From assembly GCA_951800155.1 (NCBI GenBank), contig CATOJL010000001.1:1-54549 (forward strand): DNA of 54,549 nt, written 5' to 3'. The stretch comes from an uncultured Bacilli bacterium (GTDB lineage: Bacteria; Bacillota_I; Bacilli_A; RF39; UBA660). Below the pieces are notes generated by a model, which worked only from the letters and a program-made list of their open reading frames with translations, was not told the DNA's origin and ran no database searches. Positions 10,613-19,300 of this stretch are shown here, piece by piece. Each line of letters starts with the position of its first letter. The first letter of the stretch is position 1. Both the position numbers and the translations under genes were made by a program.

Positions 10613-10943
10613 CATAGCTAGTTATAGCCTTATTTATAATAACGCGTTGTGCCAGTTGATTTATGAATGCACATATTCATTGAAAAATATAGAATATTTG
10701 TTTACTATGATCAGAGAGTTTTTATCAAACTTATCATGTAGTGCATTTGAACATTCTTTTCATTTCAACAATTCTCATTTTTAACTAGCACAACGCGTTA
10801 TAATAATTTCCTTAAAAATACTCACTTAAATTTATTCATAAATACCCGTTTTTTCTCAAAAATTTACGAATAATCACTTTAAACAAATCATGCAGAATGT
10901 CTTTCAAATAAAGAATTTAATCATTTAAAATAGACTGTGAATA
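10613..10943. repeat. Repeat B copy 1 (~166-bp conserved leader, interrupted by the MITE at 10643-10797)
   Basis: With the MITE and one target-site-duplication copy removed, it aligns end to end with the reverse complement of 25115-25280 at about 85-90% identity (hand alignment). Confidence 0.85.
10643..10797. mobile_element. 155-bp MITE-like element, copy 1
   Basis: Terminal inverted repeats cgcgttgtgccag / ctagcacaacgcg (12/13). Perfect 9-bp direct duplication TTATAATAA at 10634-10642 and 10798-10806. The paralogous copy of repeat B at 25.2 kb has one uninterrupted TTATAATAA, which is an empty site. Confidence 0.85.
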
Positions 10944-11015
10944 ATCACAAATTTTAAGAAAAAGGAAAAAAGAGAAACTTTTCTATTCTCCCATTTTCTC
11001 TATTTTATGTAACCT

Positions 11016-12005
11016 TTAACGATCTAACAATTTTAAATTATTTAATAAAATTCCTGTTCCCTCCACTACACAAGTAAGAGGAGAAGAAGCTACAATGACA
11101 GGAACTTTTAACTCTTGTTGCAATAACTTATCAATACCATGGATTAAAGCCCCGCCACCAGTTAAAACGACACCTTTCTCAATAATATCTGCGGAAAGCT
11201 CAGGTGGTGTACTTTCTAAAACCGTTTTAGCTGTATGAACAATAATATAGGCACTTTCGCGTAGAGCCTCTTCAATCTCATCAGAACAAATCGTAATTGT
11301 ATGTGGTAGTCCCGTCACTAAATCTCTTCCCCGAACAGTCATCTTTTCCTTTTTTGATCCACTATACACCGTTCCAATTTGCAACTTAATTTCCTCGGCT
11401 GTTCTATCTCCAATTAACAATTTGTATTTTTCTTTTATATACTTCTCAATATCTGCATCAAAAACATTTCCTGCTATTTTAATAGAAGACGATGTTACGA
11501 TATCCCCCATAGATAAAATGGCAATATCCGTTGTTCCGCCCCCTATATCAATAACCATATTTCCACTTGGAAGAGAAATGTCAAGTCCTGCCCCTACTGC
11601 TGCTACTTTGGGCTCTTCCTCTAAATATACTCTTCTTGCACCTGTTCTTTCAGCAGCTTCCTTAATCGCATTTTTCTCTACCTGTGTAATATTAGAAGGG
11701 CAACAAATTAAAATACGGGGTTTTGATAAAATTCCCTTCCCATTCACTTCACGAATAAAATGATTCAGCATCATTTCTGTCGTTTCAAAATCAGCAATAA
11801 CTCCATCTTTCATTGGACGAATTGCTTCTACTTTCCCCGGTGTTCTTCCAAGCATTTCTCTAGCTTTCGTTCCAACAGCTAAGGGTTTTCTATTTTCAAT
11901 ATCGATGGCTACAACACTAGGTTCATTTAATACAATTCCTTCTCCTTTAATATAAATCAAAACATTGGCTGTACCTAAATCAATTCCTATATCTTTTGCG
12001 AACAT
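11016..12005 (-). CDS. mbl: Rod-shape-determining actin homologue MreB/Mbl
   Basis: MFAKDIGIDLGTANV..., DIGGGTTD and the ASKHA fold motifs. Start moved to the ATG at 12005 (RBS ggagg), because the longer ORF overlaps spoIIID. spoIIID-mbl synteny as in B. subtilis. Confidence 0.9.
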   Translation of the reverse strand: MFAKDIGIDLGTANVLIYIKGEGIVLNEPSVVAIDIENRKPLAVGTKAREMLGRTPGKVEAIRPMKDGVIADFETTEMMLNHFIREVNGKGILSKPRILICCPSNITQVEKNAIKEAAERTGARRVYLEEEPKVAAVGAGLDISLPSGNMVIDIGGGTTDIAILSMGDIVTSSSIKIAGNVFDADIEKYIKEKYKLLIGDRTAEEIKLQIGTVYSGSKKEKMTVRGRDLVTGLPHTITICSDEIEEALRESAYIIVHTAKTVLESTPPELSADIIEKGVVLTGGGALIHGIDKLLQQELKVPVIVASSPLTCVVEGTGILLNNLKLLDR

Positions 12006-12015
12006 AATTCCTCCA

Positions 12016-12258
12016 TTATTTTTGATATTTTCGTCTTGTAGATTCGCCTCCACGTATATGCCTTATATCAGTATGAAACTTTAAAATATCATCTACTTTT
12101 TTGTATTTTATTTTATCAATTTTAAGAAGACGTTCATGTAAATCTTTATGTACTGTACTTTTTGATACATGAAACATCTTGGCGATTTCTCTAATAGTAT
12201 ACCCAGTTTCCATAATAACTTGCGCTTCTTTGAGCACTCTTGCATTTATATAATTCAA
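12016..12258 (-). CDS. spoIIID: Sporulation transcriptional regulator SpoIIID
   Basis: ...TIREIAKMFHVSKSTVHKDLHERL...ILKFHTDIRHIRGGESTRRKY is near-colinear with B. subtilis SpoIIID. TTG start with gggggaa RBS. Confidence 0.9.
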   Translation of the reverse strand: MNYINARVLKEAQVIMETGYTIREIAKMFHVSKSTVHKDLHERLLKIDKIKYKKVDDILKFHTDIRHIRGGESTRRKYQK

Positions 12259-12306
12259 ACGTATTTCCCCCTTAGTTCATTATATAAATGTCTATTTGTT
12301 TTATAC

Positions 12307-12328
12307 CAAAAAAAGGGTTTAACCCTTT
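12307..12328 (-). terminator. Short rho-independent terminator overlapping the stop codon of 12319..12963
   Basis: Minus strand reads aaaggg-ttaaa-cccttt followed by ttttt. Confidence 0.4.
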
Positions 12329-12963
12329 ATCTCAGCAATCGATTTATCATAACTTAGAAGTGGATTTATATTTTTACTATCTAGAACTAATTCATAGTAA
12401 AGTCCATTTTCTACATCTTTAAAAAGATTCGCATTTCCGCTTTTTGCTATAACCGTTCCACCTTCTACAATATCATTGACTTTTACACGTATATCAGATA
12501 CGCTTTCATAGTTACTAACAAAACCATTTTCATGTGTGATCTGAATAATATTTCCAAGTAGTTCATCTTCTGTAACAGCCGTTACTGTTCCCCCATAAGT
12601 AGCTACTACATCAAATGGCTCACTACTTGCATATTCAATACCAGTACTTTGCATATATGTATTTTCATAATATATAATTGCACTTTCTTGATTTTCTTCT
12701 GTATCATCATAGAAATTTTTATTGATTTTTACATTTTCAGCGACAAAAGGTTTAATAAATACTTTATCGTTTGTAGGTGTTTCTCTAATCACGCTTAATG
12801 TGTCATCAAAGATTACTTTCGATACATAAGTTGGTGGAACATCTTCACTTCTAAATGTTTCTTTTGATTGCATACTCATCACATAAAGGGATGTTAAAAC
12901 AAGTGCGAAAGCAATTCCATACATCGCATAAACAACTGGTCGTTTTAATCTTCTTCCTTCCAT
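12319..12963 (-). CDS. SpoIIQ-like membrane protein with degenerate LytM (M23) domain
   Basis: N-terminal TM helix plus a C-terminal LytM fold. The HxxxD motif reads STGIEY and the HxH block reads GLYYEL. It sits next to spoIIID as spoIIQ does in B. subtilis. Confidence 0.55.
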   Translation of the reverse strand: MEGRRLKRPVVYAMYGIAFALVLTSLYVMSMQSKETFRSEDVPPTYVSKVIFDDTLSVIRETPTNDKVFIKPFVAENVKINKNFYDDTEENQESAIIYYENTYMQSTGIEYASSEPFDVVATYGGTVTAVTEDELLGNIIQITHENGFVSNYESVSDIRVKVNDIVEGGTVIAKSGNANLFKDVENGLYYELVLDSKNINPLLSYDKSIAEIKG

Positions 12964-13014
12964 TTTTTCACCTCTATTTTAAGTGTGGACAGGAAATCTT
13001 TTTTTATACTTTTT

Positions 13015-13956
13015 TTAGCTTATTTTTTCAATTTCAACACCCTGATAATAATATTTTAAGATTTTATCATACGTATAACCTTTATTAGAAAGTGCCAAAG
13101 CGCCATATTGACTCATACCAACACCATGCCCATATCCTGTTGTTTTAATTAAAACATTTGTCCCATTCACTATAAATTCAAAATAAGTAGAACGAATCCC
13201 TAATAATTTTCTTACCTCCGTTCCTTTATATTCTTTTCCATTGATTTTTACTTTTTTTACACTTCCTGCTTGTGTTCTCTCGATAACTTCATACTCCAAT
13301 TTTTTCGCATAAGGAAGAGATAATTTCGTATAAAAGTCACTTAAACTCATCTCCACTTCTTTTTTAAAGACAGGGGAAACTTCCTCATCAAAAGAAGAAT
13401 CAACACTTTTTAAATAAGGAAGTGCCTTCGTAAAGACTTCTTCACTATTTTCCGTATGCCCATTACTCGTTGAAAAAAAGAATACTTCGATTACTTTTCC
13501 ATCATAAGTTAAATATTCTCTTTCTGTTTCTTTTACGATTTTTTTTAATTTCTCCATATTTTCTTCATATTTACTTTTCCACTTGTTTTGTAGTTCTTCT
13601 CTATCTTGGTACACTTGATTGTCTATTGTATCTACTACATCATAATCTTTATTTTTATTGTTTTCCATTTTTCGAATCACATACGTTCTAGCACATACAG
13701 CCTGTGCTTTTAAAGCTTCATTTGAAAAAGAAATTGGCATTTCTCCAGATACGACACCAAGTACATAATCTTCAAGGGGAACTTCTTCTATTTTATCTTT
13801 GCTAACACGCTTCACACGTACGATTTTATCATCTAAAGTTACAGGATTATTAATAATAGAACCTTGGTTTTTTTGTTCTTTCTCTCTTGAAAAGAGAAAA
13901 ATGATACAAGTGGGAATTAATAAAATGAGAAACAAACTAAAGGTTAGTTTTTTCAT
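13015..13956 (-). CDS. spoIID: Stage II sporulation protein D (SpoIID/LytB lytic transglycosylase)
   Basis: Motifs LKAQAVCARTY, FFSTSNGHTE, GHGVGMSQYGA. ATG at 13956 preferred (RBS aaggtga). Confidence 0.9.
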   Translation of the reverse strand: MKKLTFSLFLILLIPTCIIFLFSREKEQKNQGSIINNPVTLDDKIVRVKRVSKDKIEEVPLEDYVLGVVSGEMPISFSNEALKAQAVCARTYVIRKMENNKNKDYDVVDTIDNQVYQDREELQNKWKSKYEENMEKLKKIVKETEREYLTYDGKVIEVFFFSTSNGHTENSEEVFTKALPYLKSVDSSFDEEVSPVFKKEVEMSLSDFYTKLSLPYAKKLEYEVIERTQAGSVKKVKINGKEYKGTEVRKLLGIRSTYFEFIVNGTNVLIKTTGYGHGVGMSQYGALALSNKGYTYDKILKYYYQGVEIEKIS

Positions 13957-13977
13957 AGGAATCACCTTACATTAGCA

Positions 13978-14006
13978 TAAAATAAAAAAGACAAATTACT
14001 TGTCTT
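13978..14006 (-). terminator. Rho-independent terminator of mscL (overlaps its last codons)
   Basis: Minus strand reads aagacaag-taat-ttgtctt followed by ttttatttt. Confidence 0.6.
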
Positions 14007-14388
14007 TTTTTGTTGTTTCTTTTAATAGTTCACAAATTTCTTCTAGAATAAGTACTTCTTCTGGCTTTTTAGGTGGTTCTTTCTTCTCTTCTTCTTTTTT
14101 CTTGTGGCTTAATTTAGAAAGTACTTTCATCATAAAGAAAATACTTGCTGCTATAATTAAAAAATCCAAAATAGACTGAATAAATACCCCATAGGAAACA
14201 ACGGCATCTTTTACTTTAAATGTTAAACCAGAAAAATCAATTCCTCCAATTAAAACACCAATAAGTGGCATTAAAATGTTATCGACCAATGAAGATACAA
14301 TCTTTCCAAAAGCGGAACCAATAATAACACCAACTGCCATATCTACTACATTTCCACGTGAAATAAATGTTTTAAATTCTTTAAACAT
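13996..14388 (-). CDS. mscL: Large-conductance mechanosensitive channel
   Basis: [44 protein letters not shown] is the canonical MscL N-terminus. RBS ggagg. Confidence 0.95.
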   Translation of the reverse strand: MFKEFKTFISRGNVVDMAVGVIIGSAFGKIVSSLVDNILMPLIGVLIGGIDFSGLTFKVKDAVVSYGVFIQSILDFLIIAASIFFMMKVLSKLSHKKKEEEKKEPPKKPEEVLILEEICELLKETTKKDK

Positions 14389-14396
14389 ACTTCCTC

Positions 14397-14594
14397 CTAC
14401 ACAAATTTTGAATATGTATAAAAATCATAAAAGAAATTGACTACGAGATAAGAGATGGACATAGCGATCATTAAATAGAGGAGTCTAGCCTGATAATATC
14501 TATTTTTCTTGAATTTTCCATCTAAATTTAGAGCATCAATTGCCCAAATCGATAAAGGAACAACAAGTATATAGAGAATTGTTTTAATATTCAT
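14397..14594 (-). CDS. DUF1146 (YwzB-like) small membrane protein
   Basis: 65 aa with two TM helices and a [13 protein letters not shown] linker, in the spoIID/murA neighbourhood as ywzB is in Bacillus. Confidence 0.5.
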   Translation of the reverse strand: MNIKTILYILVVPLSIWAIDALNLDGKFKKNRYYQARLLYLMIAMSISYLVVNFFYDFYTYSKFV

Positions 14595-15021
14595 TTTCTA
14601 ATGCCTCTACCATTTTTCTTCTTCGCACATGCCTTTCATCCTGTGATACTTCTGTTGTTAGAAAAGCATCTATGATTTTCTCTACCTCATTTAAGTCCAT
14701 CTCGCTCGATAAAGCAAGGACATTGGAATCATTATCCATTCTAGTCATCTTTGCCTCGGTAATATTGTTTGCTTTCGCACAACGGATTCCTTTTATTTTA
14801 TTTGCAGCAATCGACATACCAATTCCTGTTCCACAGATTAAAATACCTAAATCTCCTACTTCAAGATGTTTTGAAAGTTCTTTTGCATAAATAGGATAAT
14901 CAACAGAATCTAATGTATCCGTTCCTACATTATAAATAAGATATCCCTTACGTTCTAAAATATTCTTAATCTTATTTTTTAATTCTACCCCTCTATGGTC
15001 ATTTGCAATTACAATTTTCAT
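14584..15021 (-). CDS. rpiB: Ribose-5-phosphate isomerase B
   Basis: MKIVIANDHRG...GILICGTGIGMSIAANK is the RpiB/LacAB signature. Confidence 0.9.
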   Translation of the reverse strand: MKIVIANDHRGVELKNKIKNILERKGYLIYNVGTDTLDSVDYPIYAKELSKHLEVGDLGILICGTGIGMSIAANKIKGIRCAKANNITEAKMTRMDNDSNVLALSSEMDLNEVEKIIDAFLTTEVSQDERHVRRRKMVEALENEY

Positions 15022-15084
15022 TTCCTCACCCTCTTCTTTATTTTAACACATCAAAAGAAAAACTCCAAGAGAGTCTTTCTTCAT

Positions 15085-15975
15085 CTACATTCTTTTTAAA
15101 TAATTCTTTCCTTTTAGTATGAAAAGAACTATTGCAGTTATACAAGATAAAATGAATAGAGTAGTTACATATATACCTGTTTTTGGATTTTCTACTTTCC
15201 CGGCACACGGACAGTGCATAAGAATGCATTCTTCTTCTGATTTTCCATTTGTAATGCAAGATGTAATATCTACTTTTGAATCATTAGGACATGTTTTGTT
15301 TAAAGTCATACTATTTTTGTAATCGTATGTGTACTTGCTATCTACTGTTCCATTTCCAACTACGAACTCCAATTGAATGGAAAATATACCATTTTTTGAC
15401 TTGTAAAAGGCTACTTCTACGAAGCTTTTTATCCTTTACCGAAACAAAATTAGTTATTATTTTTTCATCCACGTCAATTAAATTTACTTCCTCGCCATCT
15501 AATACTACTGCAAACAATTTGCCCTCATAATCATTCATGGAAAGAGTAGAGTCATATTTTTTACTTTTCTTCATCATCTTTCCATCTTCATAAATAGCAA
15601 ATTGTATTCCATTGTAATATCCATCACTATTGTTATTACTTAATGTAATCATCCATTTAGAACCTGCTTTAGCGAAATGACGCCCATATATATTACTAAT
15701 AAGAAGCTTTTCTCCATTAAACATTAAAGTCTCATTGCTATCATATAATAAATTTTCATTTTCGTTTTCTAACAAACTAGCAACAATATACACTTGACCA
15801 CCTACTTCAAAACTTCGAAGAAATGAATTTGACAGAAAGTCAAAGATTTTATTTCCTGTTTCTAAGCTGATTACATTCCATTCCACTCTTTTGCGTTTAC
15901 ACCACTTACACCTATACAACATAATGTTATAGCTAAAGTACTTACAAACAACTTCCTCTTTCCTCGAATCATCAT
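15085..15975 (-). pseudogene. Sortase-anchored surface protein gene broken by two homopolymer frameshifts
   Basis: The signal peptide (MMIRGKRKLFVSTLAITLCCIGVSGVNA, ATG 15975) and the C-terminal sorting signal (NPKTG + hydrophobic helix + KGKNYLKRM) share one frame. The 194-aa body (15338..15922) is in another frame. The frame switches coincide with A4 and A6 runs. Confidence 0.5.
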
Positions 15976-16048
15976 ATCATCACACTCTTATTTTGATCAT
16001 ATCATGTTTTTATCTTAATACTATCATAATCTCTATAGAGGTGATTCT

Positions 16049-16384
16049 ATGTATATAGAATTTAGTAATTTAAAAGACTTACTTTCCTTCAATGTGAAGT
16101 ATTATCGTTACATGAGGAATATGTCACAAGAAATACTCGCGGAAAAGTGTTCCCTAAGTCCAAGATACATTACCGATATAGAAAGAGGAAAACATTGTCC
16201 CACTATTCCAAATATTGAAAAAATTGCCCATGCACTTCATATTGAAGCTTATGTTCTTTTTCAAAATAATAATAGAAGAACTGATATCATTGAAAAGATG
16301 AACAGTGCAAGGCAATATAATCAAAAAAAAATAAGAATTCCTCTTATTTTCCTTGATTTTGTGAAAATCCATATTTTTGATTAA
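16049..16384 (+). CDS. XRE-family HTH transcriptional regulator
   Basis: [50 protein letters not shown] is an HTH_3 domain. The 3' end overlaps rpmE convergently by 41 bp. Confidence 0.65.
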   Translation: MYIEFSNLKDLLSFNVKYYRYMRNMSQEILAEKCSLSPRYITDIERGKHCPTIPNIEKIAHALHIEAYVLFQNNNRRTDIIEKMNSARQYNQKKIRIPLIFLDFVKIHIFD

Positions 16385-16559
16385 ACTTTTCAATACGTCC
16401 CTTTTGTGTTGCAGTTGTTTGTTTACCTGTATAAAATGGATGACATTGATTACAACTTTCAATATGTAACTGATCCTTTGTAGACTTTACTGTAAACGTA
16501 TTTCCGCAAGCGCATGTCACTTGCATATCCTTATATTCTGGATGAATCCCTTTTCTCAT
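16344..16559 (-). CDS. rpmE: 50S ribosomal protein L31 (Zn-binding type A)
   Basis: MRKGIHPEY...CACGNTF...[15 protein letters not shown] ggaaggag. Confidence 0.95.
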   Translation of the reverse strand: MRKGIHPEYKDMQVTCACGNTFTVKSTKDQLHIESCNQCHPFYTGKQTTATQKGRIEKFNQKYGFSQNQGK

Positions 16560-16682
16560 ACACTAATCTCCTTCCGCCATGACAACATCTGCCATAGAAA
16601 TTTAATTACTTACATAGTATAACAAGCTTTTCTATAAAATGCAAGTGTTTTATTAAAAAGAAAAGCACTACATTTTGCAGCA

Positions 16683-17333
16683 CTAATCATTGTCTGAACT
16701 ACCAAATAGTCTTAATAAATATAGGAATATATTAATAAAATCTAAATATAAATTAAGAGCTCCATAGATAGCTAGGTTATCAGCAGATGGATTTTGTTCA
16801 TATATTGTTTTTACCTTTTGCACATCGTAAGCTATATAACCTACAAAAATAAGGATACCAAGACTACACAAAACAAAATCAAAGGTTCCATTATCTACAA
16901 AGACATTTATAACTCCTGCTATTACAATTCCAAGCAAAGCCATAAGTAAATAGGTTCCAAATTTAGATAAATCCATCTTTGTCTTTGCACCTATAACCGC
17001 AAAAACGAGCATAATGATTGATGTAATTAAGAATACTGCTATAATTGATGTTATCTTATAAACTACAAACACAGAAGAAAAAGTCAAACCTGTTAAAAAA
17101 GAATAAAAGATAAACCCAAATCTAGCTCCTGTAGATGACATTTTTTGTATTCTAGCGGATAAAACGATAACCGTTACTACCTCAGCAAGCACTAAAATCC
17201 AATAGCCTCCACTAGAAAATACAAACTCTAATGCATTTACGTTATTGGAAACAACAACACCTGTTGCAAAAGTCACCATAAGTCCTATAAACATCCATAA
17301 AAAGACTTTTGATAAAAAATTTGATACTGTCAC
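16683..17333 (-). CDS. Bax inhibitor-1/YccA family membrane protein
   Basis: Seven TM helices with C-terminal YGALNLYLDFINIFLYLLRLFG, characteristic of BI-1/YccA. Confidence 0.85.
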   Translation of the reverse strand: MTVSNFLSKVFLWMFIGLMVTFATGVVVSNNVNALEFVFSSGGYWILVLAEVVTVIVLSARIQKMSSTGARFGFIFYSFLTGLTFSSVFVVYKITSIIAVFLITSIIMLVFAVIGAKTKMDLSKFGTYLLMALLGIVIAGVINVFVDNGTFDFVLCSLGILIFVGYIAYDVQKVKTIYEQNPSADNLAIYGALNLYLDFINIFLYLLRLFGSSDND

Positions 17334-17365
17334 TTTCTCACCTCTTTATTTAATATATCACACTT

Positions 17366-17995
17366 TTACGAAAAAGTAAATTTATTTAAAATACTCTTTT
17401 GTATATTGTCCTTATTCTTATCCTTTTTAAAATAAGCATCGTTAGGGATATAAGTTATACCCTCTTTTATACATAGTTTTTCCAATTTCTCATTCAAGTA
17501 AGTAATATATTCTTTATCTTTTTCAAGCTCATAGTAATATCCTATAAAAAATACTTCTTCTTTACTATATTTTTTTATTTCTTCCAAAAGTGTTTCTATA
17601 TCCAATAATAAGGTATCCATATAATTATAAATATCTTCTTTATGCTTTTTAGAAAGTCCATAAGATACTTCATTCATACCAACAAATAAGGTAATAATAT
17701 CTGCCTTAATTAATGCATTTTGAATCGTCTGTTTCTTACTTTCTACATAAATATAATCATTTTCCCGAATCATTTGTATCAAATCAGTAATACGTAAATC
17801 TTCATAACGAAATTCAACAAACTTTTCTAATTTTTCCTTTTGTTCCATTTCATCTCTTATAGAATAGGAATATTCAATACTATCATAAATATCTTGAATA
17901 TTTACATAGTAAACGCTTTTATCTCTTAGCTTTATATATATCATAAAAATAATGAAAGCCACTAAGAGAAGAACAATTATACTTTTCTTTTTCAT
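17366..17995 (-). CDS. Hypothetical membrane-anchored protein
   Basis: N-terminal TM helix. A weak GxNE block (FVGMNEV) recalls SGNH hydrolases, but the catalytic GDS motif is absent. ATG at 17995 preferred. Confidence 0.45.
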   Translation of the reverse strand: MKKKSIIVLLLVAFIIFMIYIKLRDKSVYYVNIQDIYDSIEYSYSIRDEMEQKEKLEKFVEFRYEDLRITDLIQMIRENDYIYVESKKQTIQNALIKADIITLFVGMNEVSYGLSKKHKEDIYNYMDTLLLDIETLLEEIKKYSKEEVFFIGYYYELEKDKEYITYLNEKLEKLCIKEGITYIPNDAYFKKDKNKDNIQKSILNKFTFS

Positions 17996-18035
17996 GCAAC
18001 ACCCCACAAAAAAAGTAGATTACTATCTACTTGTA

Positions 18036-19289
18036 TTATATTTCTTGTATGCTTATTTTAGCACCAACCTGCATCAATTTTAAGACAATATTTTCATAAC
18101 CTCTTAAAACGTGTTCAATTCCTTCCATTGTTGTTGTTCCCTCAGCTATGAGGGCAGTTAAAATGAGAGAAGCTCCAGCACGCAAATCAGTGGCTACAAC
18201 ATGTTTTGCCTGAAAAGAAGTTGGTCCTTCAATTGTTGCTTTTCTTCCATCTACTGTTATTTTGGCACCCATTTCTTGTAGATAAGGGATATGCATAAAA
18301 CGATTTTCAAAAATGCTTTCTTCTATAGTTGAAATACCATGAGCCAAAGCCAAGAGAGGTGTTAAAGGTTGTTGCAAATCCGTTGGAAAACCGGGAAATA
18401 CCTCTGTTTTTATAGCGAGTGGTTTATAGGTTTTCGCTCGAGTCACACAAATTTTATTTTCCCCAATGTCTATGTCTGCTCCCATTTTCTTTAATATATC
18501 CGTTAAAGTGGCAATATGTTCTGGAACAAGGTTTCTCACTTCCAAATGATCTCCACATAAAGCGCCAGCAATTACATAAGTACCTGCTTCAATATAATCA
18601 GGAACTACCTCTATTTTGGCACTCTCTAAGGTAGTGACACCTTCTATTTGAATCGTACTACTTCCTGCTCCTGTTACCTTCGCACCCATTTTATTTAATA
18701 ACTGCGCAACATTGATAACATGGGGCTCTCTCGCTGCATTATGAATGGTTGTAATTCCTTTTGCATAAGTAGCTGCCAGCATCAAATTGATTGTAGCACC
18801 CACACTTGCAATATTGAAATAAATATCATTTCCAATTAATTCATCAGCTTCTACAATATATTTATTTCCTTCCACTTTGACTTTAGCTCCCAATTTCTCA
18901 AATCCTTCTAAGTGGAAATTAATGGGTCTTTTTCCTATAGAACAACCTCCGGGAAAATACATTTCCACATGCTTATATTTTCCAAGTAGTGCTCCCATAA
19001 AATAGTAGGATGCCCGTAAACGCTTTGAAATCGTTTCCGGTATTTCTTTATTTTTGACCTTGGTACAATCAATTTTCATGTTGTTATTTTCTCTTGTAAT
19101 TTCTGCACCTAAGAAAACAAGTATCTCTGTAAGTGCTTCTATATCCGAAATTTCTGGAATATTGGTAAGTTCAATCACTCCATTTGTAAGAAGAGAGGCA
19201 GGAACTAAAGCAACAGCACTATTTTTAGAACCACTAATTTCAATAACCCCTGATAAGGAATGGCCTCCCTCTAGTATCATTTGTTTCAT
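18036..19289 (-). CDS. murA: UDP-N-acetylglucosamine 1-carboxyvinyltransferase
   Basis: 417 aa EPSP-synthase-fold MurA, with ISGSKNSAVALVPASLL and the PGGCSIGKRPI active-site loop. Confidence 0.95.
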   Translation of the reverse strand: MKQMILEGGHSLSGVIEISGSKNSAVALVPASLLTNGVIELTNIPEISDIEALTEILVFLGAEITRENNNMKIDCTKVKNKEIPETISKRLRASYYFMGALLGKYKHVEMYFPGGCSIGKRPINFHLEGFEKLGAKVKVEGNKYIVEADELIGNDIYFNIASVGATINLMLAATYAKGITTIHNAAREPHVINVAQLLNKMGAKVTGAGSSTIQIEGVTTLESAKIEVVPDYIEAGTYVIAGALCGDHLEVRNLVPEHIATLTDILKKMGADIDIGENKICVTRAKTYKPLAIKTEVFPGFPTDLQQPLTPLLALAHGISTIEESIFENRFMHIPYLQEMGAKITVDGRKATIEGPTSFQAKHVVATDLRAGASLILTALIAEGTTTMEGIEHVLRGYENIVLKLMQVGAKISIQEI

Positions 19290-19300
19290 AAAACCTCCTG

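Noticed and set aside
12006-12053. 16-codon N-terminal extension of mreB/mbl overlapping spoIIID
   Set aside because: The internal ATG at 12005 has a GGAGG RBS and gives the canonical MFAKDIGIDLGT start.
15038-15322. ORFs 15038..15259 (-) and 15119..15322 (+)
   Set aside because: Both overlap the frame that encodes the NPKTG sorting signal, and their translations are not protein-like.
16344-16384. 41-bp convergent overlap of the XRE gene and rpmE as a regulatory antisense arrangement
   Set aside because: The XRE ORF's last ~15 codons ([17 protein letters not shown]) look like read-through into rpmE antisense with no conservation signal. This is probably incidental, and I could not define the real 3' end.
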